NCBI GenBank assembly: GCA_951406725.2
Contig: OX597828.1
Location: forward strand, 58,094,001 to 58,158,000
DNA length: 64,000 nucleotides
Reading direction: 5' to 3'
Source of the DNA: Octopus vulgaris
Taxonomy: Eukaryota
Under the pieces are notes generated by a model. That model saw only the letters and a program-made list of their open reading frames with translations. It had not been told where the DNA came from and made no database searches. Made by a program: the position numbers and the translations under genes. Positions within the stretch are counted from its first letter, which is position 1; each line of letters begins with the position of its first letter. Shown one piece after another: positions 51,683 to 64,000 of the stretch.

Positions 51683-51715
51683 TGCTGTGTTTATATATGT
51701 ATATGTGTATGTATA

Positions 51716-51751
<36 letters not shown>

Positions 51752-51774
51752 TGTATGTATGTATTATAGGTACG

Positions 51775-51817
<43 letters not shown>

Positions 51818-52277
51818 TTTTTTGCATAATGAGATAAAAATCCAAGGCTGTGTAGATATTAGAACATTTATAGATAGAAGGTCTTACAGCTGTTTCTAGG
51901 ATATTAATTAATTATATCCCTTCATCGGAGACAGTGTTAGAGGATGGTTAGTAATGGTTAATTTAGATAGGATACAAAATAGAGAGTGAGGTGGAGGAAA
52001 GAAAAGAGATGTGAGATATGTAGGGATATTGAAGTTGTAGATACATTTTTTTTAGGCAGAATGGTATATATGCAATATTCCAATATCCTATGAGTAAAGT
52101 CCAAAAGTCCAACAGAGTTTAAAATGAGTCCCTCCAAATATAGAGTTTATAAGCAATGTAAGATTCCCTTAGGAATGAGATCCTGCAGATTTTTAAACTT
52201 GGTCATTCCCAGTAGGAAATATAAATACAGTGTTGCAGAGTCAAAGGTTTGTATTCTAGTATATATATATATATATA

Positions 52278-52345
<68 letters not shown>

Positions 52346-54134
52346 CGTATGTATCTACTAAACTACCTGTGACCCGTTGGGTCACCAATAGTTCAAATTA
52401 ACTGGGGAAAAACGCATATCTCGGTAATCCGTGGTCTGATTTACGCGAAACTACTGTTATTCCGTGTGTATTTACATTTCAATGGTACCTTACTTTCAAA
52501 GTAATTTTCCCATTATACGCCAGTTTGACTATTTATAAAGATGCCCAAAAATCCGTGTGTCTCAGTAACTTGTGGCACATGAACATCTGACTCATGACGT
52601 CTCTTACTCTTGTCCCCCCTCCCCTCTCTTTCACCAGACACTCAGCTCTCTGAGCGTCCGATTCCTGATCTCTCCTGCTTCTGTCTCTTTCCCTCTGTTC
52701 CGCCAGACGCTCAGCCCTTGCTTTATCAGTCTCATCGATCTTTCTATTCGCATGCCTGTCACGATCTTGAAGGACCCATTCGTAATTCGGTGTGAAATTA
52801 GTTTTTCCATTGGTTTTTTTCAAGTGCATTCAATGTATCTCACCGCCAAACCCACCATAAGCCACTTTCTTCCGAAAAAGAAAGGGGGAAGGGTTGTGGG
52901 GACCTCAGAGTTTCCTGAAAACCCCGAGTTTCCCACTAACGGAGTTTTGTTTCGTGGTATTTTTCCAGATTATTTTGCATTCTTTCAATGAATGTGACAT
53001 CAAAATCATGCATAAACGGCTCCTTTCCCCCAGAAAAGGAAAGATTTGGCTGCTATTTCTTGCACGCACTACTACCACATAACAGTTATTTCGGGTCCTC
53101 TATCGTTTGAAATAGCAGCCAAATCTTCCACATCAAGGTTATGGACGGGTCTTTTACGAAATATTTACCGTATTTTTAAAGTCATTTTCACTTTAAAATA
53201 TTTTTTAGATATGCCAAAAAAATTTTATAATGATATTCATTTGAAAATAATTTTTAAAATATTGTCTGTTTAAAGAAAGCTAAAATATAAATACTTACTG
53301 TACAAACAATTTACATGTTTGAAATCACATTCACTCAAAAATATTTCTAAATGATTAAAATATTGTGTTTAACAAAGGCGAAAATAGAAACATTTACTTT
53401 AAAAAAACAACCCGTATTTTTTCGTTAGCAAGTTAAAATTACTAATGTATCTAATCGAAAAGGTAGAGTTTCTTCCCTCTCAGGGTTAAGTTATTTTCGG
53501 AGTATATTCCCATTATGCACCGTTTGGAGTATTTATACCCCCCACACACACACACACCAAAAAAAACCATAGCTAAAGAATCACTTGTCTGATTTACGCA
53601 AAACTTGTTCCGTTTGTATTCACATTTCAGGGGAACTTTAATTTATAGTATTTTCCCATTATGCACCAGTTTTGTTGTGCAACATTGCAAACAAGCAAGC
53701 AAGATTGAAGTCCCTTTTTGATAATATATAGATATAGCTATATTGATGGTGTAGGCGTGGCTTTGTGGTAGGGAGCTTGCTTCCTAGCCACATGGTTCCG
53801 GGTTCAGTCCCACTGCATGATATCTTGGGTAAGTGTGTCCTACAATAGCCTCAGACTGACCAAATCCTTGTGAGTGAATTTGGTAGAGGGGAAACTGAAA
53901 GAAGCCTGTCATATATATATTTATGTGTCTGTGTCCCCCCCACCCCGTACCATCACTTGACAACCGATGTTGGTACGTTTATGTCTCCGTAAATTAACGG
54001 TTCAACAAGAGAGACTGAGAGAATAAGTACCAGACATACAAAGAAAGAAGTCCTGGGGTCGATTTTTGCACCTAAGAGACGGTTATCCAGCATGGTCGCA
54101 GTCAAATGACTGAAACAAATAAAAGAAAAGAAAA

Positions 54135-54179
<45 letters not shown>

Positions 54180-56782
54180 TGGGGTCTCTATATATGAAAG
54201 TAATCTATTCTAGAACCCTGTTCACTAACTAAATTGTTTGTTACATGAATTATTGAAATACATATAAATAGGAGTAACCCATCCCAAACCACACCCAGAC
54301 TCCACATAAAAGCAGGAAATGAGGTTTTATTTGTCCTCCCAGCAATGCCAAATACATAAATATATATGTGTTTCGGTGTGCTCGTGCGTGTGTGTGTGTG
54401 TGTTTGTTAATCCTACACTTGTCAGGTCTGAATAACAAATAAATTATTCAACATGGCTGCTCTGTAAAATTCTATTATGAGAAAGCCGAAGGAAATAGAA
54501 GGCCAAACTCATTTCATTATAGAGAAGAAATATATGTGCCATAGGCCAACAGACAGAAATGTAGACATCAAAATTCTTTCATTTGATATTATAAATGAAA
54601 ATCATATTTAGCAAAAGACTGAGGATGTTCATATTGAAAGATAAAATACACTTACGGCCATGTAACATTACATCAGTTTTATGTGAAACACAGGTCATTC
54701 CCAACCACACCGAACTTAACGTTGGAGGAAAGCTTTATATTAAAAATAAGTACTGGGGGCGGTTTGTTTGACTGTAACCCTTTGAGGCAGTGCTCCAGCA
54801 TGGCCACAATCCAATGGCTGAAACAGATGGAAGATAAAAGATCAGAAACTCACCTTCTTCTACGATTTAAAGACCCAGCAGATCGAGATTTTTCTAACAC
54901 TGGAAAGCAATTGTTAAAGGCCTCAGTGTGTGCTTCCTTTGCAAAGTTTGGTTTACCATATTGTGCTTTTGTTGAAGTATCTTCCGACGAATAAACACTT
55001 CGGTTAGAAAAATTCTCAACTTCATCATTTCTGTAAGACATATCAGGATCTACAAAAAGAAAAATAATTGATGTCTTAAAATGTTTTGAAGTCTGGATGG
55101 AGAAACTGAGGTTCAACTGCTGTGTTGAATGTTCATCATCCCACCAGTCTGCCATCACCCCTTCCTTCCTTATTCATATGTTGTGACAGAGAAAAACACA
55201 TGAGTATATTATTATAATGTGTGTGTGTGACCCCCTCCAGTCATGAATAACCATAGGATTGCATCTAGAAAGTCACCCTCAGAGGCACAAGTCTGAGCAA
55301 GGTTGTTTATGGAAGACCAGCAGTTGCCCATGCATACCGGCCTCCCCTCTCCACGCCACCAACGTTGTCCAAGGAAAAGGCAAAAGGGCCGATACAACTT
55401 GGCACCAGTGACGTCGCAGCTCATTTATTAACGTGCAAGTGGCTGAGCACTCCACAGACATGTGTACCCTTAACGTAGTTCTTGGGGAGATTCAGCAATG
55501 ACACAGAGTGGGACAAGGCTGGCCCTTTGAAATACAGGTACTACAGAAACAGGAAGAAAGAGTGAGAGAAAGTTGCGGTGAAAGAGTACAGCAGGGTTCA
55601 CTACCACCCCCTGCTGGAGCCTCGTGGAGCTTTTAGGTGTTTTGTCGGTGGCACAAAAAAAAAACAAAAAAAAACACCATCCGAGCGTGGCCGTTCGCCA
55701 GCCTCGTCTGGCACCTGTGTCGGTGGCACGTAAAATCACCCACTACACTCACGGAGTGGTTGGCGTTAGGAAGGGCATCCAGCTGTAGAAATACTGCCAG
55801 ATCTGACAGACCTGGTGCAGCCTTCGGGCTCCCCAGACCCCAGTTGAACCGTCCAACCCATGCTAGCATGGAAAGCGGACGTTAAATGATGATGATGATG
55901 ATGATGATGAAGGCGCAGAAGTGGCTGTGTAATAAGTAGCTTGCTTATCAACCACATGGTTCCAAGTTCATTCCCACTGTGTGGCACCTTGGGCAAGTGT
56001 CTTCTACTATAGCCTCGGGCTGACCAAAGCCTTATGAGTGGATTTGGTAGATGGAAACTGAAAGTCGTATGCATGTATGTATATGTATATATATATATGT
56101 GTATGTATATGTATATATACATACATATATATGTATGTATGTATATGTATATATATATGTATGTATATGTATATATATATATGTATGTATGTGTGTGTAT
56201 ATGTTTGTGTGTTTGTGTTTGTCCCCCCAACATCGCTTGACAACCGATGCTGGTGTGTTTATGTCCTAGTAACTTAGCAGTTTGGCAAAAGAGACCGATA
56301 GAATAAGTACTAGGCTTCCAAAGAATAAGTCCTGGGGTCGATTTGCTCGACTAAAGGCGGTGCTCCAGCATGGCCGCAATCAAAAGACTGAAGAAGAGTA
56401 AGGATCAAAATACTACACTGAAAGGAAAATAGGAAAAACGTCAAATAACAAAGGGAGATAAGACTTACTGGCAATGTTTTGACCAGTTATCAAAATCACT
56501 GGTCCTGTGTTCCTCTCAGCGTTTGTTCTCATCACATTTTCAATTATGACATTAGTAGCTGCATCTGCAACAGGGGTGAATTCTGCAGGTGGGCTGTGGG
56601 CAGGTGTGTTTTCAGCTGGAACATTGTCAATGTTAAGCTCTAAAGCAGGAACAAAAGGATTTTCATCTAATCCATCATCTGTGACAAGTGGTTCTTCAGG
56701 TAAAGCTTCGGGAACATTCTCTTCGAAATTTTCCTCAAGAACTTGGTTCATCTGACAGGGACTTTCAGCAACTTTCAAAGAA
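42138..56782 (-). CDS. CCDC81: Coiled-coil domain-containing protein 81-like, 3' nine exons (~535 aa)
   Basis: Phase-consistent exons 56782-56469, 55049-54854, 51242-51020, 49963-49856, 47925-47842, 46994-46909, 46052-45974, 44011-43758, 42402-42138. [14 protein letters not shown] and the C-terminal [19 protein letters not shown]....IPGSR match CCDC81 as I recall it. The 5' exons were not located. Confidence 0.88.
42817..43024. mobile_element. Tc1/mariner-type MITE
   Basis: CGAGGGGTGTTGAAAAGTTCGTGG...CCAGGAACTTTTCAGCACCCGCCTCG|TA. Confidence 0.8.
43025..43650. repeat. Mosaic (TATG)/(CATG) tetranucleotide array
   Basis: ~625 bp of interleaved TATG and CATG units, almost purely alternating purine-pyrimidine. 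Confidence 0.95.
43758..44011 (-). CDS. CCDC81: CCDC81-like exon (254 bp)
   Basis: ttacag|GTACAA...ACGGA|gtaagt; VQEKTMSQQ...YFGKND...KNRT. Confidence 0.88.
45500..45695 (+). mobile_element. RTE-type 3' UTR / SINE-like repeat with (GAT)n tail
   Basis: gtggcacgtaaaa...gttggcgttaggaagggcatcc...catgctagcatggaaa.cggacg.taaa(tga)n. A second copy lies at ~55680-55910. Confidence 0.65.
45974..46052 (-). CDS. CCDC81: CCDC81-like exon (79 bp)
   Basis: cattag|TTTAACA...AAACAG|gtcagt; [26 protein letters not shown]. Confidence 0.85.
46909..46994 (-). CDS. CCDC81: CCDC81-like exon (86 bp)
   Basis: tttcag|ATAGAA...ACAAG|gtgagt; [28 protein letters not shown]. Confidence 0.85.
47842..47925 (-). CDS. CCDC81: CCDC81-like exon (84 or 81 bp; tandem CAGCAG acceptor)
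   Basis: ctgcag|CAG|AGT...AAACAA|gtaagt; [12 protein letters not shown]...YSKELQKQ. Confidence 0.85.
49856..49963 (-). CDS. CCDC81: CCDC81-like exon (108 bp)
   Basis: atttag|GAAAAG...TTTGTG|gtaaga; [22 protein letters not shown]. Confidence 0.85.
51020..51242 (-). CDS. CCDC81: CCDC81-like exon (223 bp)
   Basis: ttttag|ATCTTCC...GAGAAG|gtaact; [30 protein letters not shown]. Confidence 0.9.
51881..51932 (-). ncRNA. Minimal hammerhead motif with one core substitution
   Basis: Minus strand: gtct-CCGATGA-a-gggatat..atatcct-a-GAAA-CAGCTG-TA-agac. Helix I is gtct/agac; the core reads CCGAUGA instead of CUGAUGA. Confidence 0.6.
52363..53732 (-). mobile_element. Internally deleted Helitron (~1.37 kb)
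   Basis: Minus strand: A|TCTATATATT 5' end; 3' hairpin gtgaccc-aac-gggtcac, then GTAG|T (one change from CTAG). The internal ORF remnant [21 protein letters not shown] resembles Helitron RepHel N-terminal repeats. Confidence 0.72.
54854..55049 (-). CDS. CCDC81: CCDC81-like exon (196 bp)
   Basis: ttgtag|ATCCT...AGAAG|gtgagt; phases 1 and 2 fit both neighbours. Confidence 0.82.
55912..56400 (+). mobile_element. SINE family A, near full-length copy
   Basis: Head ggcgcagaagtggctgtgt, central TA/TG microsatellite, and tail ggcggtgctccagcatggccgca. Confidence 0.85.
56469..56782 (-). CDS. CCDC81: CCDC81-like exon (314 bp; acidic, Pro-rich)
   Basis: ttaaag|TTCTTTG...GCCA|gtaagt; the frame is open and phase 1 fits the next exon. 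Confidence 0.78.
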
Positions 56783-56909
56783 CTTTAAGATAAACAGAAG
56801 TAATAAAAACAGATATTTTAAGGACCTGTAAAACATACCTGTTGGTATTTAAACCTTGATTTAGTCACATTAAGTAAATATCAAACAAATCTGTGGCTTC
56901 TACCCCTGA

Positions 56910-57350
56910 TCTCTATATCTATAAACGGCAAAATGTCTGTGAATCTGTGTGTCTGTGTGTCCTTTATATAAATCCACAGTTTTTCACGTAAAAGGCTCGC
57001 ATTTTCTATGGGCTTTCAAAACTGTCTGAGGGTGGTCATGAAGATCTTTTCATTTCCCCAGTCACCCCAGAAAGCCATTAAAAATAATCAATAAACCGAC
57101 CCCTTTTTGCCCAACAGTTGAATGCACATGCGCATTTGCAGAGTCTGTATGACTCTGCACATTTTTGTGTTTTGCGAAGATGAGTTATCATGTGTTTTGG
57201 CTTTCAAACGTACACGCTTTTTTGATTTGAGAAATGCAAGGGATTAATTAACGAGTTAGATCAAGTGAATGACAAGAGAGAGGGATTTTCATGAAAGACC
57301 AAATATGCTTAACTAGCACTAGACCCGACAATGCTGGGTTTTAGTGCTAG
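56910..57350 (+). mobile_element. Non-autonomous Helitron (441 bp)
   Basis: A|TCTCTATATC...agacccgac-aat-gctgggttt hairpin, tagtgCTAG|T. Same family as 38437-38793. Confidence 0.85.
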
Positions 57351-58759
57351 TAGAACTATATTCTATTAGTGTTTTACAGATATGGCTGCATGGTTAAGAA
57401 ACCTGCTTTGCAAGTATGAGGTAAAGGTAAAAGTAAAGATACCTTTTCAAGTCATGCTAACTCATCAGGGCCAATTTTCCGGTTTCCATGGCATATAAAT
57501 TCCCTATCTGAATGGGATGCCGGTCCATTGCAGGATTACTGATTTTTGCCAGCTGAGTGGATTGGTCCAATGTGAAATGAAGTGTTTTGCTCAAGAACAC
57601 AATGTATCACCTGGTCCAGGAATTGAAACCAATGCCTTGTAGGTTAATTTGATTGGTGGAAACTGAATGGAAGCCTGTCCTGTTTATAATCATCTTCATC
57701 ACCATCATCACTTTTTAATGACCCCTTTCTCCAGGCTTCCCTGAGTTGAACGAAATTTGTTGAGGTGGATTTTTTCAGTAATTAGATGCCCAACCCACGC
57801 TTCTTTCCAAATAAGGTAATATTTCCCTGTGACCAGACATGTTTGCACAGAATGTTGAGAATGAAGGACACTGTTTGCATTATGGTAACATTCATTTACA
57901 ACTATCATGCGATGTCAAGGCAAGGAGATAGCAACACACACAAAGATACATGCTTACATGTATACACACACACACATATATTATATATAAGGTCTGCAGA
58001 AGTGTCACGGCCGCTCCTGCTGATGAAGAGGATTGGGTGGTAAGAGTCCTGTGCCGGTGCCATGTTAAAGCACCCATTACACTCTTAAAGTGGTTGGCAT
58101 TAGGAAAGCCATAGAAACCAAGCCAAAACAGACAACTGGAGGATGATGATGATGATGGGCTTCTTGCAGTTTCCATCTACTAAATCCACATAAGACTTTG
58201 ATCCACCCAAAGCTATAGTAGAAGATGTTTGCCCAAAATGACATGCAGTGGGACTGAACCCGAAACCTTGCGGTTAGGAATGAAACCATATGGTTAAACC
58301 ATGTGTGCACATATATGAGGGGAGGGGAGAAAATGTGTGTGTATGTGTGTGTGTCTGTGTGAATGTCTGTTGATGATGGTGATTAAGCTGATATCGATGA
58401 ACAAGGAATGAGAGAATATGGGAAAAAGGAATATAAAACATCCAGTTTTTCACCCTTTTTAATTATTATACCCCCCCACCCGCAGTTCGAAATCAATTTT
58501 TACAATAACATTACCTCAAACTTCGCCAACAGGTCGTCCATTGCTTTGTTTTCTTGCTTAAAATTATGACTTGTTTCTTAAAAACAATAGATTAAATTAC
58601 ATACAACTTAATTTCTTCACCTTAATCAGTCAAGCTTTGATTTGTCTCAAATTAAACCAACGACTCTTGACTGAGCCCTTTATTTTCCTTCACTCAGTAT
58701 GGAGCCCCCTGCAATGGGGTGGAGGGTTAACTTAGTATAAACTGTGGTGACTGTAAAAT

Positions 58760-59255
58760 AGATGGATGGACGGATGGTTGGATGGATGGATGGATGGATG
58801 AGTGGATGGATGGATGGATGGATGGATGGGTGGATGGGTGGATGGATGGATGGATGGATGGGTGGATGGATGGATGGATGGATGGATGAGTGGATGGATG
58901 GACGGATGGGTGGATGGTGGATGGATGGATGGATGGATGGATGGATGGATGGATGGATGGATGATGGATGGATGGATGGATGGATGGATGGATGGATGGG
59001 TGGATGGATGGGTGGATGGGTGGATGGATGGATGGATGGGTGGATGGATGGGTGGATGGATGGATGGATGGGTGGATGGATGGATGGATGGCCAGACGAA
59101 TGGATGGACCTATAGATACATAGATATTTGGATAGACACAGACAGACACACAGAGTGACAGACAGACAGGCAGGCAGACAGACAGACGGACAGACAAAAA
59201 GAAGGACAGACAGACAGACAGACAGACAGATAGATAGATAGATAGATAGATAGAC

Positions 59256-59317
<62 letters not shown>

Positions 59318-59550
59318 TCAGGGTGGGGTGGATGAATGGATGAATTTTGTGGAAGTGTCAGAGAGACAGATTGAGAAAAAAAGACATGAGGGAGAGAGGG
59401 AGGGGAGAAGGAGGGAGAGAAGGAGGAAAGAGAGGGAGAGAAGGGGGAAAGAGAGGGAGAGAAGGAGGAAAGAGAGGGAGAGAAGGCAGAAAGAGAGGGA
59501 GGGAGGAGTTGGAAATAAGTGGGGGAGAGAATGGGTGGGAGAGTGAGAAA
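58760..59550. repeat. Compound microsatellite block (GGAT/GGGT, GACA, GATA, GA-rich ~21-mer)
   Basis: Read directly from the sequence. Confidence 0.9.
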
Positions 59551-60679
59551 GACAAGGTTAGGGGGTTTGTGATAGGGAGCTGTAAATAGACAAATAGTTA
59601 AATCCTGCTGGATGTGAATCTGAAGCGATTATCTTTCTCCAGTATCATCTCTAAAATAACAACACCAACATCATCATCATCATCATCATCATCAACAGGA
59701 CCATCATCACTGCCAGCAGCAGCAGCAGCAGAACCACCACCACCACCGCCATAATTACTGCTGCCACCATGACCACCACCACCATCATCACCACCACCAT
59801 CGCTCTCTACATCCCATTAACACCACAATGCTCAGTAAGAACCGCAACATTATATCAACATCTCCAAAAACAGGAATACCACCACCACCACCAACACCAC
59901 CACCACCATCAAAGTTGATACCAATGCAACTACCACCACCACCACCAACAACAACAACAAAAACATGTCAACCATAATCACCACCACCACCACCATCACC
60001 ACTGCCACCACCACCACCACCATCACCACTGCCACCACCACCACCACCACCGCCGCCACTAGTACTAGTAAAACTAATAACACATCAGCATCACCAACAC
60101 CATCACCATCCTCACCACCACCTTTCCTTTCCTAAAAATAAAAATATATTCTTTTCTACTCGAGGCAGATGGCCAGAAATTTTGGGGGAGGTGGGAGCGG
60201 GTGATTAGATTGACCCCTGCAATATGCAACTGGTACTTAATTTATCGACCTTGAAAGGATGAAAGGCAAAGTCAACCTCGGTGGAATCTGAACTCAAAAA
60301 GTAAAGACAGACGAAATACCACTCAGCATTTCACTTGGTCTGCTAACGATTCTGCCAGCTCATCACCTTTACCAAACAAAAAAATACTTTACTGCTCTAA
60401 TGCTTCAGAGTATGCTTCCTCTTCAGACATTGGAGCTACTGACAATTTATATATATATATATATATATATAAACAATTGCAGTGTGGAAGGTGTTTATAA
60501 GCCATTTAAGAAACACACAAAACCGTTAGATTCACTTCAACATTTAAATTTAATTTGTCAGTGAATCAAAACAGTTTTGTGTGTTTCTTAAATGGCTTAC
60601 AAACACCTTCCACGCTGCAATTGTTTTCGTTCCAGCACACGATCTCAGATCAAGTCACTTGCTATGCAAGTACATCTCC

Positions 60680-60739
<60 letters not shown>

Positions 60740-60760
60740 ATTTATGTGTTATCTGCATAT

Positions 60761-60819
60761 ATTCCACTGATGAAGGCAGAGCATTTCTTATGCAGAGCCA
60801 GAAATCCGGGATCTGGAAT
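60761..60819 (+). ncRNA. Type I minimal hammerhead ribozyme motif
   Basis: attcca-CTGATGA-a-ggc..gcat..atgc..gcc-a-GAAA-TCCGGGA-TC-tggaat. Helix I is a perfect 6 bp and the cleavage triplet is AUC. Confidence 0.7.
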
Positions 60820-61622
60820 TATCCAGTAATTTTTTGCTAGTTTATTTTGTCTCTTTGTCTTCTCTCCTGGTGCTGTATGAACATTTAATGTGGTTTTAGA
60901 GTCAAGTCAAGTTTTGGCTGCTATTTCCAGCGTGTGGTATCTCTTAGATACCCTAAATTATAATTTTAATAATTATTATTACCTTTGAAGGTTTTTATTC
61001 CCACACTGGCCACCTGATAAGATTGGTATTTAAATATTGATCTTCTCCTTATTTATATAAATTTATATATAAACATATCTCAAGATATGTAAATATATGT
61101 ATATCAAGAGGGAGACTTTTCTTAGACTGGGAAAAACTTTTCAAGCCGTTAATCTAGTATGTATGCATAATTGTAAGTATGTGCATATGTATATATAATA
61201 TATGTATGTACATATGTATATATGTACACATGTATATATTCATGTATGTGTGTATGTGCATGTGTGTGTCTGTCTGATTCTGTGTGTCTTCACACTGACA
61301 TCACCAAGCAGTCGTGACATTTGTTTATCCGCTACATGAATAATACATCAGGCAACTCAGCACGATAATGTGTGTCTATACATAGGCCATGCAAAGACCA
61401 GTAGCATATGGCATCTTATCTTTTGTCTTCTGTTTGTTTCACTCATTAAACTGTGGCCATGCTGGGGCATCACTTTGATCGGTTTAATTGAACAAATCAT
61501 TCCCAGTATTTATTTTTATTGTCAAAGCCAGGTACTTATTATAACAATCGTTTTTCTGCAAACCACTGAACAAAAGAACCATGGGAACAAAGACAAAGAC
61601 AAACAAACACAAACAAATACAA

Positions 61623-61680
<58 letters not shown>

Positions 61681-62808
61681 CAAACTGGGATGACTAAGTA
61701 AATTAACAATTATGCAGTAAACTTCATTAGCTAACAGTTGTTTCTGCTATAAGGTGCAATGCATTCATAGCTGAGTGCTTGAGTATCATCTTATAGCTTC
61801 ATCAGAGCTATTTATTTAGGAAAACATTTACATTTATACCAGGTTATTAACACTAGGTTATTAGCATCACAATACCTAAGCAAAATATTATGCTTCTCAA
61901 TCACATGGTTCCAGGTTCAGTCCCACTGTGTGGCACCTTGGGCAAGTGTTTTCTACTATAGCCTCGGGCTGACCAGAGTCTTGTGAGTAGATTTGGTAGA
62001 TGGAAACTGAAAGAAGCCCATCGTATATATATATGCATATATTTATGTGTGTGTGTCTGTGTTTGTGTTTGTCTCCCATCACCATTTGATAACCGATGTT
62101 GGTATGTTTACGTCCCCATGACTTAGCAGTTCAGCAAAAGAGACAGAAAGAATAAGTACTAAGCTTTATATCAAGTTATTAACACTAGGTTATTAGCATC
62201 ACAATCCCTAAACAAAATATTAAGCTTCCCAACCCCATGGTTCCAGGTTCAGTCCCACTGTGTGGCACCTTAGGCAAATATATATATATATATATACATG
62301 ACAGGCTTTTTTCAGTTTCCGTCTACCAAATCCACCCACAAGGCTTTGGTTGGCCCGAGGCTATAGTAGAAGAAACTTACCCAAGGTGCCATGCAGTGGG
62401 ACTGAACCCAGAACCATGTGGTTGGGAAGCAAGTTTCTTACCACACAGTTATGCCTGCACCTATATAATTGGTTTGGTAGTGTAGGATTATGAGATCTGA
62501 GGAAGTGTTTGTGAAACCTGTCTTGACTGGGGTTGGTAAATGAATAAACATAGCTATATATACAAGATGAATAATGAATAATGAGTGTTTATTGAGCGAA
62601 AACACCTAAAGCTCCACGAGGCTCCGGCAGGGGGCGGTGGTGATCCCTGCTGTACTCTTTCACCACAACTTTCTCTCCCTCTTTCTTCTGTTGGCCTGCT
62701 CGCTTTGCCAGCGGGGTGGCGTCATTTGAAAGCTAAAACAATGCGAAATGTATTGTGACCAGCGATGTGGAGCAACATCTGATAACCTGGTCAGTCACGG
62801 TGATCACG

Positions 62809-62839
<31 letters not shown>

Positions 62840-62846
<7 letters not shown>

Positions 62847-63185
62847 TAAATAAATGGAGTTTAACGCAGGTATAAATCAAATAAGTATTTTTTTATCAGC
62901 AATTTTATATTTTTTCTGAATTTCTTTTTTTAAGTAATTCCAAATAATAGTCTTTATCAAGTTTGTACAGATTTCCAGTTTTATCAGATTGAACCAAAAT
63001 AGAAAAAATATAAAATTGCTGATAAAAGAATACTTATTTGATTTATACCTGCATTAAACTCCATTTATTTATTCATATATTATACAAAAAATTCCACGTA
63101 AACATGAACTTTCTACCTTTATAAACAAGGAGTTACAACCTCTTTACTTGTGAGATTTTTTGCTAACCTGGTAACTATTTATTTA
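62840..63185. mobile_element. Penelope-like terminus with inverted repeat
   Basis: 62840-62916 is the near-perfect reverse complement of 63004-63080. The tail ...acctggtaactattt resembles the PLE end at 15090-15195. Confidence 0.55.
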
Positions 63186-64000
63186 TTTTTTCCGTGTTAA
63201 TTGTTAACAAGGCAAAAATAAACTCATCTATTTATACATATATATATATATATATAACCCCAAAAAAAGCAACAAGAATGGATTAGTAGTTTAGTAGTTT
63301 GTACTAAACTACTAATCCATTCTTGTTGCTTTTTTCTTGGTTATAATCACCCACATTATTTTATGGTTAATACCATAAATGAATTCTAGTGCATCTAAGT
63401 TAAGTACCGCATTCATGTGAATTCATTGGAATTCATTTGAATCTTAATTGTTTTTGCTGAATTTATATATATATATATATATATATACAAAAGACTTCGT
63501 CTTCCTTCTACCAGATTCACTCACAAGGCTTTGGCTGGTCAAGGACTATAGCAGAAGACATTTGCCCAAGGTGCCATGCAGTGAGATTGAACCTGAAATT
63601 ATGTGGTGAAAAGGTAAGGGTTAAGGACAGAAAGATCATCTGGTTATTGAGCACTGCCTCAAAAAGTTACTTCCATACCAACAAGGAAAAGCAGTGGTAA
63701 AAATGATAATGATGGTGTGAATTTAATTATTAATTGCAGCAGGATTCAAACATTTACAGGAAATGTGCCAAATAATATACCTGTGTCGTTTGATTTGTAC
63801 CTTGCCAATTTAGTTCTTATTGTGGGACTTGTTCACCTTGGTCAAGGTTAGTTATAATGTGCAAGAACTTGGTTTGGTAGTGTAGGATTATGAGATCTGA
63901 GGAGGAGTTTGTGAAACCTGTCTTGACTGTGGTTGGTAAATGAATAATGAACATAGCTATTATCATCATCAACATCAACATCATCACCATCCCCACCATC

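Noticed and set aside
58727-59197. MDGW-repeat ORF superficially like Met-rich reflectin-type proteins
   Set aside because: It is a pure (GGAT/GGGT)n microsatellite with no reflectin motif and no splice support.
58515-61013. Candidate upstream CCDC81 micro-exons at 58556-58515 and 61013-60983 (minus strand)
   Set aside because: AG/GT ends and a compatible phase are possible, but they are too short and lack recognisable homology. RNA-seq is needed.
63817-63999. 60-aa minus-strand ORF as a CCDC81 exon
   Set aside because: All frames stop before a usable donor, part of it is duplicated at 62470, and it begins in a trinucleotide repeat.

Overview
Eukaryotic, AT-rich, repeat-dense animal DNA. 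The SINE and microsatellite landscape looks cephalopod (Octopus-like); this is inference. Two convergent multi-exon genes were assembled by hand from splice sites and reading phase. (1) Plus strand: the last 9 exons (1036-24280) of a cadherin-repeat protein, built from a duplicated 4-exon/3-repeat module. It stops right after its last cadherin repeat at ...KKFCCRVPC*, with no transmembrane or cytoplasmic domain. (2) Minus strand: the last 9 exons (56782-42138) of a CCDC81-like gene. Between the genes lie a ~6 kb 44-bp satellite with higher-order structure, a decayed hAT transposon, and a decayed Tc1/mariner transposase split by a cleanly bounded Helitron. The introns hold an open-frame CR1-type LINE, R4/Dong and Penelope-like remnants, at least five minimal hammerhead-ribozyme motifs, several fold-back hairpins, MITEs, three tRNA-headed SINE families and many microsatellites. 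Most ORFs in the supplied track are simple-repeat artefacts. There is no CRISPR array, rRNA or genuine tRNA gene.
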